Below, piece after piece: positions 42,316 through 53,137 of a stretch of 64,000 bases of DNA. Location: assembly GCA_949156565.1 (NCBI GenBank), contig CASCZI010000001.1, positions 118,856-182,855 of the forward strand, written 5' to 3'. The position numbers were made by a program, and so were the translations under genes. This stretch comes from an uncultured Alphaproteobacteria bacterium (GTDB lineage: Bacteria > Pseudomonadota > Alphaproteobacteria > Rs-D84). Every line of letters begins with the position of its first letter. Positions within the stretch are counted from its first letter, which is position 1. The notes beneath the pieces were generated by a model. It saw only the letters and a list, made by a program, of their open reading frames with translations, was not told the origin of the DNA and ran no database searches.

Positions 42316-42588
42316 TTATTTACGCAGACCCAATTTTTTGATCAATTCTTCGTATGCTGCTGCGTCATTCTTTTTGATATACGCCAACAACTTTTTACGC
42401 CGATTCACCATCAGCAATAATCCACGTTTTGAATGTTGATCCTTGTGATTGGTCTTCATATGTTCGGTCAGATTCCGAATCCGTTCGGTTAATATCGCAA
42501 CCTGGGCCGCAGCACTGCCGCCATTGTCGGTATCGGTTGTTTTATACGCGTTGACCAATTCACTGGTCTTTTCTTTGGTAATGGACAT
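42316..42588 (-). CDS. rpsO: 30S ribosomal protein S15
   Basis: 90 aa. The S15 family pattern includes HSKRGLLLMVNRRKKLLAYI. Terminator hairpin at about 42287-42315. Confidence 0.9.
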   Translation of the reverse strand: MSITKEKTSELVNAYKTTDTDNGGSAAAQVAILTERIRNLTEHMKTNHKDQHSKRGLLLMVNRRKKLLAYIKKNDAAAYEELIKKLGLRK

Positions 42589-42608
42589 TGTTTAATTCCT
42601 TTTGGTTA

Positions 42609-43472
42609 TCAAAGTGTTCGTTTTGGACACAATTGATTATTCACAACCATGCCCATCCCGATAAACGTGTTTCCGGAATAAACACGGCATAAACCATCAA
42701 CGTGTGCCACCGGGATAAAGCCGCCGTTTCTGTAACGTTCACCGTCCCCATCCCCCAGATTTATGACCGGAATGTCCCCCAGTCCGAAATCCGGCGCATG
42801 CAAAAATTCACACGCGTTGCCGCCATTATGAACCAGATTTTCCAAAAAATCAAGGGTAACGGCATTTTTTATTGAAAATCCGTTGGTTTGGATCCGTCGG
42901 ATCATGGATACGGTTGCGACGCTGTGGCAACGATAGGCGATATCGCGGGCAATCGATCGGACATAGGTACCGGTTCCGCACACCACGCGACAATGCCATA
43001 TATTCCCATCCTGGCCACATAATTGCAGTGATTCAATATGCACACGGCGCGGTGCCATATCCACCATGATGCCGCGGCGCGCCAATGCGTACGCCCGTTG
43101 GCCATTGACATGCACCGCGCAAAAGACGGGGGGAATTTGATCGATATCACCGATTAATTGGGTCATGGCATCGCGCACCGCATCGGCCGATGGGATAACA
43201 TCTGTGCGGCGGATTTCCGTGCCCGTCATATCCAGGGTATCCGTTTCAAATCCAAATTGAATGTCAAACAGGTATTCTTTGGCCCCGCCCGGCATAAACG
43301 GAATCATTTTCGTGGCGTTGCCGTACGCAATCGCCACCAATCCCGATGCCATCGGGTCCAGTGTGCCGATATGACCAAATTTACGTTGACCAATCAAGCG
43401 CCCCACCCGTCCCCCGGCCGCCCGTGACGTGATGCCCCCTGGTTTATCCAGCAAGATCCATCCCGACGTCTC
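42609..43472 (-). CDS. truB: tRNA pseudouridine(55) synthase
   Basis: Catalytic GTLDPMASG motif. Start moved to the internal ATG (METSGW) to match usual TruB length. Confidence 0.85.
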   Translation of the reverse strand, partial: ETSGWILLDKPGGITSRAAGGRVGRLIGQRKFGHIGTLDPMASGLVAIAYGNATKMIPFMPGGAKEYLFDIQFGFETDTLDMTGTEIRRTDVIPSADAVRDAMTQLIGDIDQIPPVFCAVHVNGQRAYALARRGIMVDMAPRRVHIESLQLCGQDGNIWHCRVVCGTGTYVRSIARDIAYRCHSVATVSMIRRIQTNGFSIKNAVTLDFLENLVHNGGNACEFLHAPDFGLGDIPVINLGDGDGERYRNGGFIPVAHVDGLCRVYSGNTFIGMGMVVNNQLCPKRTL

Positions 43473-43474
43473 CA

Positions 43475-44017
43475 TTATTTGACGCGTTTGGGGGTAAGGG
43501 TGCGAATTAAGTATTGTTGCGCGGTCACCTGGTCCAGATATTTTCCCAATACGGTTTCTTTTGACCGCCAGTTGGGCAGGTGATCGGGCCATATTTGACT
43601 ATATGGCTTATACATCACGGCGTCAAACGGGGATAAATCCACATCTTGCCATTTTAAACGCCGTTGAATCATTCCGGAAAATGCGTCATCTTCATTCGTG
43701 GTTGTGGCGTCTACCGGGATCAGGGCCTGGCCGTTGCGTACGGCCTTGGCCACCAGAAATCGGGGCCCCCATTGAATGTTAGATGTCAATTGATACGTTC
43801 CCATATCAAAGGTTAGTTGGGATCCCAATCGGTATTGTACCAATCCCGCCGGGCGGCGCGTGATATATCGCGACGCCAGCCAGTTAATATCCCCCAGAAA
43901 TTTTATCAATGCATTGGCCGAATTAAAAAATTGACGGCCCGAATAACAGATCAAGGCATGTGTGCCAATCGGAATGGGGTTATCACATTCAAACACAAAA
44001 CAGGGTTTAATGATCAT
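43475..44017 (-). CDS. Hypothetical protein
   Basis: About 180-aa ORF between mutS and truB. No recognisable motif. Internal ATG chosen. Confidence 0.35.
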   Translation of the reverse strand: MIIKPCFVFECDNPIPIGTHALICYSGRQFFNSANALIKFLGDINWLASRYITRRPAGLVQYRLGSQLTFDMGTYQLTSNIQWGPRFLVAKAVRNGQALIPVDATTTNEDDAFSGMIQRRLKWQDVDLSPFDAVMYKPYSQIWPDHLPNWRSKETVLGKYLDQVTAQQYLIRTLTPKRVK

Positions 44018-44118
44018 AAAGATACCTTTTTTTCTATTACCCATTATTAAACCCCATTTTGGCAAAAGTACAGTGTTTTTTATCCAAAAACGCCCCCGGG
44101 GGGGCGTTGATGAACGTA

Positions 44119-46668
44119 TTACCCAAACAGGTTTAATTCCGGGGCATTGCCGGATTTCTTTTCTGAAACCCCCGTTGGGTTTCCCGTGTGCGGGGTGGTT
44201 TGGGTATGGGTTGTGACAAACCGATTGGATGTTTCCAGATCATCCAAGACCGCCGTGGCGCGATTAATAACCGTGTCGGGCATGCCGGCCATTTTGGCCA
44301 CGTGGATACCGTACGACCGACTGGCGACGCCGGGAATAATCTTGTGCATAAAGATGATTTCGTTATTATGTTCACGCACATCGATGGTTAAACACTGGGC
44401 ATTATTTAATTTGCCCGGACCATCGCCGACACGCGTCGTCAATTCATGATAATGGGTTGCAAACAGTGTTCGTGGCTTTAATTCATTTAAAAATTCCAAG
44501 ACCGCCGTTGCAATGGCCATTCCATCGTATGTCGCCGTGCCACGTCCAATTTCATCAAAGATGATAAAAGATTGCGGCGATGCCCGGTTTAAAATGTTGG
44601 CGGTTTCGGTCATTTCAACCATAAATGTGGATTGGCCCGCCGCCAGATTGTCGGACGCGCCAACGCGACTAAACAATTGGTCACAAATACCAATATTGGC
44701 CGTGTCGGCCGGCACAAATGATCCCAAATGGGCCAATACCACCAACAATGCATTTTGACGCAAATATGTGGATTTTCCCGCCATATTCGGCCCGGTCAAG
44801 ACCGCAACCGTGCGATCGTTGAGATGACAATCGTTTTTCACAAAATTGTCCCCCACCCCGCGCAGGGCACATTCAATAACCGGATGGCGTCCGCCGCGGA
44901 TGTCAAATGCCGTATCGTCGGTTACCGATGGCCGAACCCATGAAAACACCTGGGCACATTCGGCCAATGCATACCATACGTCGGCATCGGCAATTAAATC
45001 TGCGGTTTCCATCAAATTGTTGGAAATCATGCATATATCACTGATTAATCCGGCGACAATTTCGTTTTCGATGGCGGCGGCCTTTTCTGCGGCAGCGCGA
45101 ATGTCGTTATCCAAATCAATCAGGCGTGTTGTCGTAAATCGCATGTTTCCGGCCATCGTTTGGCGATGGATAAATCCGTTTTCTGGTTTCATCATGATTT
45201 CAGATTTTGATGATGGCACCTCTATAAAATATCCCAAGATATTGTTATATTTGATTTTAAGCGTTGATATCCCCGTTTGGGTGGCGTATTCTGCTTGAAG
45301 TGCGGCGATCGTTTCCCGCCCCCCATGTGATAGCCCCCGCATATTATCCAATGCCACGTCATATCCCGTCCGAATGACACCCCCGTCACGAAAGAATGTG
45401 GGTAATTCATCGGCCAAAGCAAAGCGTAATTTACCGGTTAATTCTTCGTGTGGATTAATCTTTTCAAATTGTGATGCCAACGGCCCATCCAAACGTGATC
45501 CAATCCGAACAATGGACGGCAATGCCACCATAAAATTAACCACCCGCCGCAGGTCGCCCGGCGTTCCCCGCCCCAATTGCAGGCGCGACAACGCGCGTCC
45601 CACATCCGGGATTTTGGATAATGATTGGGCCAACCCCCCCATGACATCGGGGTTTAATATCAAATGACCAATATGTTCTTGGCGGCGGCGAATTTCGCCC
45701 ACATCCGCCGACAGCGTTCGCATATATGCCCGCATGCGCCGGGCACCCGCCGCGGTTTTTGTGCGATCCAATACATCCATTAAACACATTCCACCGTCAT
45801 TGATGGGCGCATCGATTTCCAAACTTTTCCATGTGGCATAATCGATCAATAATTGCCGACCCGATTTAAACAAGTAAGGGGCCCGGAATGCAATTTTGGC
45901 ATCACGTTGTGTGTTAAACAAATACCCTGCCAACAACGGCACTGCACCCCATGGGGCATCATCACGACGTTTGCCATCGTCGGGAATATCCACCGATTGA
46001 CCAAAAACACGGGATACAATCTGGCCGATATCGGTCCGGTTATAGAGTTTTTCATAAACCGCCGTGGTTTTAAATGCATCGCGAATGGATGCGACATACC
46101 CATCTTCGGCCGCAGATTCGGGATAAATCACTTCGGCGGGGGAAATGCGAACCAAATCGTCCATGGCCTTGTCGGTGTGACCAATAAAAAATTCACCCGT
46201 CGATATGTCGCAACCGGCAATGTCGAACATGCCGCGTGCGCCCGTTACCGGAACCATTGCCACCAGAAAATTTGATGTTTTGGGTGTCAACAGGCTTTCA
46301 TCTGTTAATGTACCGGGTGTTAAAACACGAATAACCTTGCGTTCAATATATTTATGGCCGCGGGCCTTGGCCTCGGCCGGGGTTTCCATTTGTTCGACCA
46401 ATGCCACCTTGTACCCGGCACGGACCAGACGCCCGAAATAGTTATCGGCGGCATGCCATGGAATACCACACATGGGAATGTCAATGCCATTGGCATCTGT
46501 CCCGCGTGATGTTAGCACCAGGCTTAACGCACGGCTAATCTCTTTGGCGTCGTCAAAAAACGCCTCATAAAAATCACCCAGACGAAACATTAATAATGCA
46601 TCTGGATTTTCGGCCTTCATGTCAACATACTGTTGCATAACCGGACTTAGTTTATTTTTATCTGCCAT
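44119..46668 (-). CDS. mutS: DNA mismatch repair protein MutS
   Basis: N-terminal mismatch-binding domain (PVMQQY...GDFYE). Walker A GPNMAGKST. Start placed at MADKNKLSP. Confidence 0.9.
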   Translation of the reverse strand: MADKNKLSPVMQQYVDMKAENPDALLMFRLGDFYEAFFDDAKEISRALSLVLTSRGTDANGIDIPMCGIPWHAADNYFGRLVRAGYKVALVEQMETPAEAKARGHKYIERKVIRVLTPGTLTDESLLTPKTSNFLVAMVPVTGARGMFDIAGCDISTGEFFIGHTDKAMDDLVRISPAEVIYPESAAEDGYVASIRDAFKTTAVYEKLYNRTDIGQIVSRVFGQSVDIPDDGKRRDDAPWGAVPLLAGYLFNTQRDAKIAFRAPYLFKSGRQLLIDYATWKSLEIDAPINDGGMCLMDVLDRTKTAAGARRMRAYMRTLSADVGEIRRRQEHIGHLILNPDVMGGLAQSLSKIPDVGRALSRLQLGRGTPGDLRRVVNFMVALPSIVRIGSRLDGPLASQFEKINPHEELTGKLRFALADELPTFFRDGGVIRTGYDVALDNMRGLSHGGRETIAALQAEYATQTGISTLKIKYNNILGYFIEVPSSKSEIMMKPENGFIHRQTMAGNMRFTTTRLIDLDNDIRAAAEKAAAIENEIVAGLISDICMISNNLMETADLIADADVWYALAECAQVFSWVRPSVTDDTAFDIRGGRHPVIECALRGVGDNFVKNDCHLNDRTVAVLTGPNMAGKSTYLRQNALLVVLAHLGSFVPADTANIGICDQLFSRVGASDNLAAGQSTFMVEMTETANILNRASPQSFIIFDEIGRGTATYDGMAIATAVLEFLNELKPRTLFATHYHELTTRVGDGPGKLNNAQCLTIDVREHNNEIIFMHKIIPGVASRSYGIHVAKMAGMPDTVINRATAVLDDLETSNRFVTTHTQTTPHTGNPTGVSEKKSGNAPELNLFG

Positions 46669-46690
46669 TTTTACACCAACCTGGTTTATA

Positions 46691-46894
46691 TTATTCTGCG
46701 TTGCCAACTTTAAGAGTTTCGATTTTTAATTCGGCTTCTTTCAACAGTTGCTCGCAATAGGCCTTTAGTTTAATCCCCTGTTCATAGGCCGCAACAGATT
46801 CCGCCAGGGGCATTTCCCCAGATTCCATTTTACGCACCAATTCGGTTAGTTGTTTATACGCATCTTCGAATGACAATTTTTCTTGATTTTCCAT
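46691..46894 (-). CDS. xseB: Exodeoxyribonuclease VII small subunit
   Basis: 67-aa helical protein (SFEDAYKQLTELVRKMESGEMPLAESVAAYEQG), typical of XseB. Confidence 0.7.
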   Translation of the reverse strand: MENQEKLSFEDAYKQLTELVRKMESGEMPLAESVAAYEQGIKLKAYCEQLLKEAELKIETLKVGNAE

Positions 46895-46964
46895 GAATTT
46901 CCCTTTTCCTATTTGCCGGAAATCAGCATACAAGAATATAAATAAAAAATCAAATCAAAGATAT

Positions 46965-46999
46965 AAAAAAATGCCGGGAAAACCCGGCAATTGTTTTTT
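46965..46999. terminator. Bidirectional terminator (xseB / mreB)
   Basis: TGCCGGG-aaaa-CCCGGCA flanked by A and T runs. Confidence 0.6.
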
Positions 47000-47004
47000 C
47001 GTGA

Positions 47005-48081
<1,077 letters not shown>

Positions 48082-48178
48082 TCACTATAAAACGTGTGCA
48101 AAAAAAAATCAAGGGCACACTTTCATAAAATCATGCTTTTTTATTTGATTCTGTGAATATTTTGGTATTATAGCCGTT

Positions 48179-48520
48179 ATGCGTGATACCATAAAAAAAC
48201 ATACTGATTTTATTGCCGCCGACACAGATGTGACGGCGCGCGCCGCCGGGTTTATTATTCGGGCCCGTCCCACACGTTTTGCCGATGGGGGGCGATATGG
48301 TCTGGTGACGACAAAGCGGACATTTCGCCATGCGGTTGATCGTAATCGCGCACGCCGCCGGTTACGGGCATGGATTGGGGCATGTGAAAAAATGTTAAAG
48401 CCCGGCTGGGATTACATATTTATTGCGCGGCCATCCATTCTCAATTGGTCCCATACAGATGCCATGGTCGCCATGGGCAAGGCGTTACATTACCTGTCGC
48501 ATCAAAAAAAATCGGTATAA
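48179..48520 (+). CDS. rnpA: Ribonuclease P protein component
   Basis: Basic 113-aa protein with the RNR motif region ([11 protein letters not shown]). No rpmH upstream. Confidence 0.8.
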   Translation: MRDTIKKHTDFIAADTDVTARAAGFIIRARPTRFADGGRYGLVTTKRTFRHAVDRNRARRRLRAWIGACEKMLKPGWDYIFIARPSILNWSHTDAMVAMGKALHYLSHQKKSV

Positions 48521-48524
48521 CCCA

Positions 48525-48782
48525 ATGACAACATCGCCCTCTTCTTTGTCATATTCCCCGAACTTGGCACGACGCGGGGCCATAAAGTTGGTTCGTTTAT
48601 ACCAAATTCTGATTTCCCCCCTTATTGGCGGGCGTGCCGCATGTCGTTTTACCCCCAGTTGCAGTGAATATACCCGGATCGCCATTGAAAAGTATGGGTT
48701 GCGTCGTGGGATATTGATGGGATTGCGGCGGATTGCGCGGTGTCGGCCCGGTGGGGGTATGGGATATGACCCTGTGCCTTGA
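48525..48782 (+). CDS. yidD: Membrane protein insertion efficiency factor YidD
   Basis: Conserved [10 protein letters not shown] motif. Internal ATG placed after the rnpA stop. Confidence 0.75.
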   Translation: MTTSPSSLSYSPNLARRGAIKLVRLYQILISPLIGGRAACRFTPSCSEYTRIAIEKYGLRRGILMGLRRIARCRPGGGMGYDPVP

Positions 48783-48858
48783 CATCTGGGTCCATTGTGG
48801 TAAAATTCGCCATAACGAAGAAACAAATTTGACAACAAAAATCAAAAGGAAAGAAGCT

Positions 48859-49302
48859 ATGTCATTTCGTACAACCGTAGAATCTATGTCCAAAATTATG
48901 GATGAAATGGGCATTACGGAATTGGATTTGGAACGCCAATTCTTGTTTGGCGTTTACCGCAAACATATTCATTTATCAAAGCAACAGATGGCCGCGGCCC
49001 CGGTGGCGGCCGTTGCATCGGTCGGGACGGTGCCCAGTGCCCCCAAATCTGATGCGGCCCCGATTACAGGATACGTATTGAAATCCCCGATGGTGGGTGT
49101 TGCCTATTTGGCACCCGAACCCGGGGCCAAGCCGTTTGTCACCGTTGGCGCATCGGTCAAATCGGGTGACACGGTTGCCTTGGTCGAAGCGATGAAGACG
49201 TTTAACCCCATCAAATCAGACAAAGATGGCGTGGTCAAAGAAATTTTGGTTACCGACGGCCAGGCGGTTGAATATGACCAACCATTAATTGTGATTGAAT
49301 AA
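48859..49302 (+). CDS. accB: Biotin carboxyl carrier protein of acetyl-CoA carboxylase
   Basis: Biotinyl-lysine motif EAMKT. Ala/Pro linker. RBS AAGGAAAGAAG. Confidence 0.85.
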   Translation: MSFRTTVESMSKIMDEMGITELDLERQFLFGVYRKHIHLSKQQMAAAPVAAVASVGTVPSAPKSDAAPITGYVLKSPMVGVAYLAPEPGAKPFVTVGASVKSGDTVALVEAMKTFNPIKSDKDGVVKEILVTDGQAVEYDQPLIVIE

Positions 49303-49316
49303 ACGGGGGCGCCATC

Positions 49317-50795
49317 ATGCCACAGATAAAGAAAGTTTTAATTGCCAATCGCGGTGAAATTGCCCTGCGTATTATTCGGGCATGCCGGGACATGGGGATA
49401 CGCACGGTTGCGGTTTATTCCACGGTGGATAAAAACGCCATGCATGTTCAATTGGCCGATGAATCGGTCTGTATTGGGCCGGGCCCGTCCAAGGATTCAT
49501 ACCTGAATGAATCGGCGATTTTGACGGCGGCATTATTAACCAATTCCGATGCAATTCACCCGGGATATGGGTTTTTGTCGGAACGGGCCGATTTTGTGCG
49601 TAAGGTCGAAGAACACAAATTAATTTGGATTGGGCCGTCGGCCGCCATGATTGAAAAAATGGGGGACAAGGTTAACGCCAAACGGACCGCGATTGAATGT
49701 GGATTACCGGTGGTACCGGGGTCTGACGGGGCGGTTGATACATTGGACGATGCGTATGCGTGGGCGGAAAAAATTGGATATCCGGTCATGCTAAAGGCGT
49801 CGGCCGGCGGCGGTGGTCGTGGGATGCGCCCGGTTATGGATGCCACCCAAATGGCCGAAGCGTTCCAAATAACCAAGCAAGAGGCAAAATCTGGATTTGG
49901 TGACGATACCCTGTATATGGAAAAACTGTTGTTGCATCCCCGCCATATTGAATTTCAGGTGTTGGGTGATCAACACGGTGGCGTGGTGATTTTTGGTGAA
50001 CGTGATTGTTCCCTGCAGCGGAAAAATCAGAAAGTTATGGAAGAATGCCCGGCGGCCGCATTAACGCAAAAGCAGCGTGATGACATGATAGAGGTATGTA
50101 AAACCGCCGCCAAAAAGATGGGATACACCAACGCGGGTACATTTGAATTTATGTTCGAAGATGGAAAATTCTATTTCCTTGAAATGAATACCCGGCTTCA
50201 GGTGGAACATCCGGTGACCGAAATGGTTTATGGCATCGATTTGGTTCGTGAACAAATTCGCATTGCCGCGGGCGAAAAATTGGGTTATACCCAATCAAAT
50301 GTTATTGCCCATGGGCATGCCATTGAATTTCGTATTAATGCCGAAGATCCGGAAAACTTTATCCCCAATCCGGGTAAAATCACACTTTATGCGCCATCGG
50401 GTGGTTTGGGGGTTCGTGTGGACAGTGCGGTTTACACCGGATACACGATTCCGCCGACATACGATTCAATGATTGCCAAATTGGTTGTGCATGCACAAAA
50501 TCGGCCGGCATGTATTATGCGGGCGGCGCGGGCATTGGATGAATTTGTGATCGAAGGGGTAAAAACAACCATTCCGTTACAGAAAAAATTGCTTAATAAT
50601 CGGGATGTTAAAACATTAAATGTGGATAACCATTGGCTCGAAGGGTATTTAAAATCGGCCGCGGCCGATCAGGGTGCGACGTCGACATCTGATGAACAAT
50701 CGGAAAACGATATCGTGACAACGCCAGAGTCAGATGGTGGGGCAAAAAAGAAAACCGCGAAAAAAACGGTTCATAAAAAACCCCGGAAAAAGTAA
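49317..50795 (+). CDS. accC: Biotin carboxylase
   Basis: ATP-grasp fold. N-terminus KVLIANRGEIALR. 492 aa with a Lys-rich tail. Confidence 0.9.
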   Translation: MPQIKKVLIANRGEIALRIIRACRDMGIRTVAVYSTVDKNAMHVQLADESVCIGPGPSKDSYLNESAILTAALLTNSDAIHPGYGFLSERADFVRKVEEHKLIWIGPSAAMIEKMGDKVNAKRTAIECGLPVVPGSDGAVDTLDDAYAWAEKIGYPVMLKASAGGGGRGMRPVMDATQMAEAFQITKQEAKSGFGDDTLYMEKLLLHPRHIEFQVLGDQHGGVVIFGERDCSLQRKNQKVMEECPAAALTQKQRDDMIEVCKTAAKKMGYTNAGTFEFMFEDGKFYFLEMNTRLQVEHPVTEMVYGIDLVREQIRIAAGEKLGYTQSNVIAHGHAIEFRINAEDPENFIPNPGKITLYAPSGGLGVRVDSAVYTGYTIPPTYDSMIAKLVVHAQNRPACIMRAARALDEFVIEGVKTTIPLQKKLLNNRDVKTLNVDNHWLEGYLKSAAADQGATSTSDEQSENDIVTTPESDGGAKKKTAKKTVHKKPRKK

Positions 50796-50797
50796 TT

Positions 50798-50824
50798 AAC
50801 GCCCCCCATGGGGGCGTTTTTTTG
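50798..50824 (+). terminator. Rho-independent terminator after accC
   Basis: CGCCCCCC-atg-GGGGGCG followed by T8. Confidence 0.6.
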
Positions 50825-50908
50825 GCAAATAATGATTTTTATCAATGATTCCCGTGATGAAAATATAAATACCCCCGAGGTATGGGAATTAAATATAATA
50901 TGAACACC

Positions 50909-51643
50909 CTATTCCATGCGATATGTTGTGTTACCGATGCGAACATGGATTCCCGTCCCAGATTCGGTGGTTAAATTGCCGTAACAGATGCCGCCTGGTA
51001 TTTTAACAACAATTGCCGGGGATGTATGGCGCGATGCATATAATGGGGCCGTGACGGTGCCCATATGAATTTGCGTCACGCCCGCGGCGCACAAGGGTTG
51101 ACATGTATCCCCGACGCGCCCGTATCCATCGTCACATTCCCATGGGCAATTTGATTCTATTGCACCCACGCTGGACGGGGTTGAATATGATGTATAATGG
51201 GCATGCGCGGGGCCGTTTGTGCATGGCGCACATTGATCGTACCACGGTCCCCAGAGATAATGACTGGCGTAATAACCGGGACGACAATCAATATATTGAT
51301 GATATTGAATGCCACCCGGCCCTTCGATACAGGGACGTTCATATTGATACCATGTCCGCGTGTCATCAGAATAGTCCCAGTTACAAATACAATGTTTGGC
51401 CGCTGTGGCGTGGGGGGAATCCCATTCCCCGTCCACAGATGTATAAACCCGGGCCAAATGTGAATCATTATCCAGATCCCAACAGGAATAGCGTATATCA
51501 TCCCCGGGACAATAATGTTTTGCGCCGCAATCCGTGCATTTGTTATTTGCCAAATAATATCCCGGATCACACGTTGCGGCCAACCCTGGTAAAACCGGCA
51601 AAACCAAAACAGCCCCCAAAAACCCGACAGTTTTTTTAGGCAT
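50909..51643 (-). CDS. Secreted cysteine-rich protein with two ephrin-receptor-like CxPGYY...CxxC repeats
   Basis: Signal peptide MPKKTVGFLGAVLVLPVLPGLAA. CDPGYYLANNKCTDCGAKHYCPG and CRPGYYASHY...CAPCTNG. About 22 Cys. Possible paralogue of 3534..3989. Confidence 0.5.
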   Translation of the reverse strand: MPKKTVGFLGAVLVLPVLPGLAATCDPGYYLANNKCTDCGAKHYCPGDDIRYSCWDLDNDSHLARVYTSVDGEWDSPHATAAKHCICNWDYSDDTRTWYQYERPCIEGPGGIQYHQYIDCRPGYYASHYLWGPWYDQCAPCTNGPAHAHYTSYSTPSSVGAIESNCPWECDDGYGRVGDTCQPLCAAGVTQIHMGTVTAPLYASRHTSPAIVVKIPGGICYGNLTTESGTGIHVRIGNTTYRME

Positions 51644-51712
51644 AGTCCCAATATTAAAAATCCCGGATTTCTGCGACAAATTTTCCCCCCAACTATGCCT
51701 AAAAAAACTGTC
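51626..51712. repeat. Perfect 21-bp inverted repeat (GACAGTTTTTTTAGGCATAGT) bracketing a 45-bp spacer
   Basis: Arms at 51626-51646 and 51692-51712. Each arm contains an ATG plus six identical codons (MPKKTV). A third partial copy lies at 51721-51732. Confidence 0.7.
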
Positions 51713-52253
51713 CCTTTGGATTAGGCATAGTCAAATCACGTTCAACCCCAGGAATTATACCCGTTTGCACGATTTTATGCAAGCGGGAAAATTTGGGGAC
51801 CGGGGACAAGGGTTCGCCGCCCGTACATCTAGGCCTAAACAATTATAAAAAGACCACCCCGTCGGTATCACCCCCAAAAATTTTCAATTTTTGCGGGGCC
51901 CGATTGCGCGTCCACCCCGACCCCGGGCCCTGTGGAAATTGTTAAATTTCCATGGGTGGGTTCTGGCGGGGGAACTTCTCTCTGTTCTTAAATTCCACAC
52001 CTCGGGCACCCATGTGGGATAGTTTAAAAAAAAGACCACCCCGGGCTTCGCCCACCCCTCCACCGGAGGGGAACTTTGCAACGGCGTGGCACAAAGACAA
52101 GTTCTCCTCCTGTGGAGGAGTACCGGCGTAGCCGGGGAGGTGGTATTTATCTAAACTCTGAAAACCGATCTGATGTGGGGTAACGGGGATTATTACCCCC
52201 CCTGCCCCAATGGATTGGTTTTTGATAAAAAAACGCCGGGAAAGCCCGGCATT

Positions 52254-53135
52254 TTATGAACACAATTTTTCGATGATTTTTTCCATTTCACGACGGGAAT
52301 GAAACCGAATATGGATTTCACCTGCGCCGTTGCGCCGCCGCAGAATTTTTATATCTGAATCGAAAAATTGACGGGCCGATTTATCCAATGTTGCCCACAT
52401 TTCGTCATTGTCGGTGTCGTCATTTCGGTGGGCACGTGCGCCGGATGCCCGTTGGGTGCGATGAACGCGGGCCTGGGTATCGGCAACCGTCAATTTCTTT
52501 TCGATAATTTCATTGGCCAATTCGGTCGGATTTTCCGCCACGGCAATTGTACGGGCATGTGATGCAGATATGCGGCCGGATTCCACCATGTCTTTGACCG
52601 TATCCGGTAATGCATCCAATCGCATGATATTGCGGATATAGCTGACCGATTTGCCAATCAAACGGGAAACATCATCCAAACTGTACCCGCATTTATCCAT
52701 AATATTTTTATAGGCGGCGCCTTCTTCGATCGGGTTCAGGTTTTCCCGTTGAACATTTTCAATCAGTGCGATTTCCATCGCGTTTTCTGGGGTCAATTCT
52801 TTGACCAACGCGGGAATTTCGTTGCAACCGGCCATCTTGCTGGCGCGGTAACGACGTTCGCCGGCCACAATTTCGTATTGGTAATCACGTCCCACGACCG
52901 CACGTAATAATATAGGCTGTAACACGCCTTGGGCGCGAATAGATGATGCCAGATCGTCCAACTGGGCCGGGTCAAATGTTTTTCGGGGCTGATCCGGGTT
53001 AACGCCAATCTGAACCAATGGAATTTGTCGTACCGCCACGCGGTCTGTGCCACGCAGGATAGAAATGTCGGGGATGTTCCCCATTTCTGCCTTGATATCC
53101 GCCAAACCACGCCCCAGACCAAATTTCTGCGCCAT
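52254..53135 (-). CDS. parB: Chromosome partitioning protein ParB
   Basis: ParB/Spo0J box (GERRYRA) and HTH. Confidence 0.9.
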   Translation of the reverse strand: MAQKFGLGRGLADIKAEMGNIPDISILRGTDRVAVRQIPLVQIGVNPDQPRKTFDPAQLDDLASSIRAQGVLQPILLRAVVGRDYQYEIVAGERRYRASKMAGCNEIPALVKELTPENAMEIALIENVQRENLNPIEEGAAYKNIMDKCGYSLDDVSRLIGKSVSYIRNIMRLDALPDTVKDMVESGRISASHARTIAVAENPTELANEIIEKKLTVADTQARVHRTQRASGARAHRNDDTDNDEMWATLDKSARQFFDSDIKILRRRNGAGEIHIRFHSRREMEKIIEKLCS

Positions 53136-53137
53136 TG

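Noticed and set aside
42089-42439. 116-aa and 79-aa ORFs in the pheT-rpsO spacer
   Set aside because: They run through terminator hairpins and into rpsO on the opposite strand. They are Gly/Arg/Pro-rich shadow frames.
51733-52250. RNase P RNA, tmRNA or SRP RNA in the hairpin-rich non-coding region
   Set aside because: None of the universal signatures was found (GGAAAGUCCGGGCUCC / ACAGAACCCGGCUUA for RNase P, a tRNA-like GGUUCGA...CCACCA end for tmRNA, AGGUCAGGUCCGGAAGGAAGCAGC for SRP RNA).
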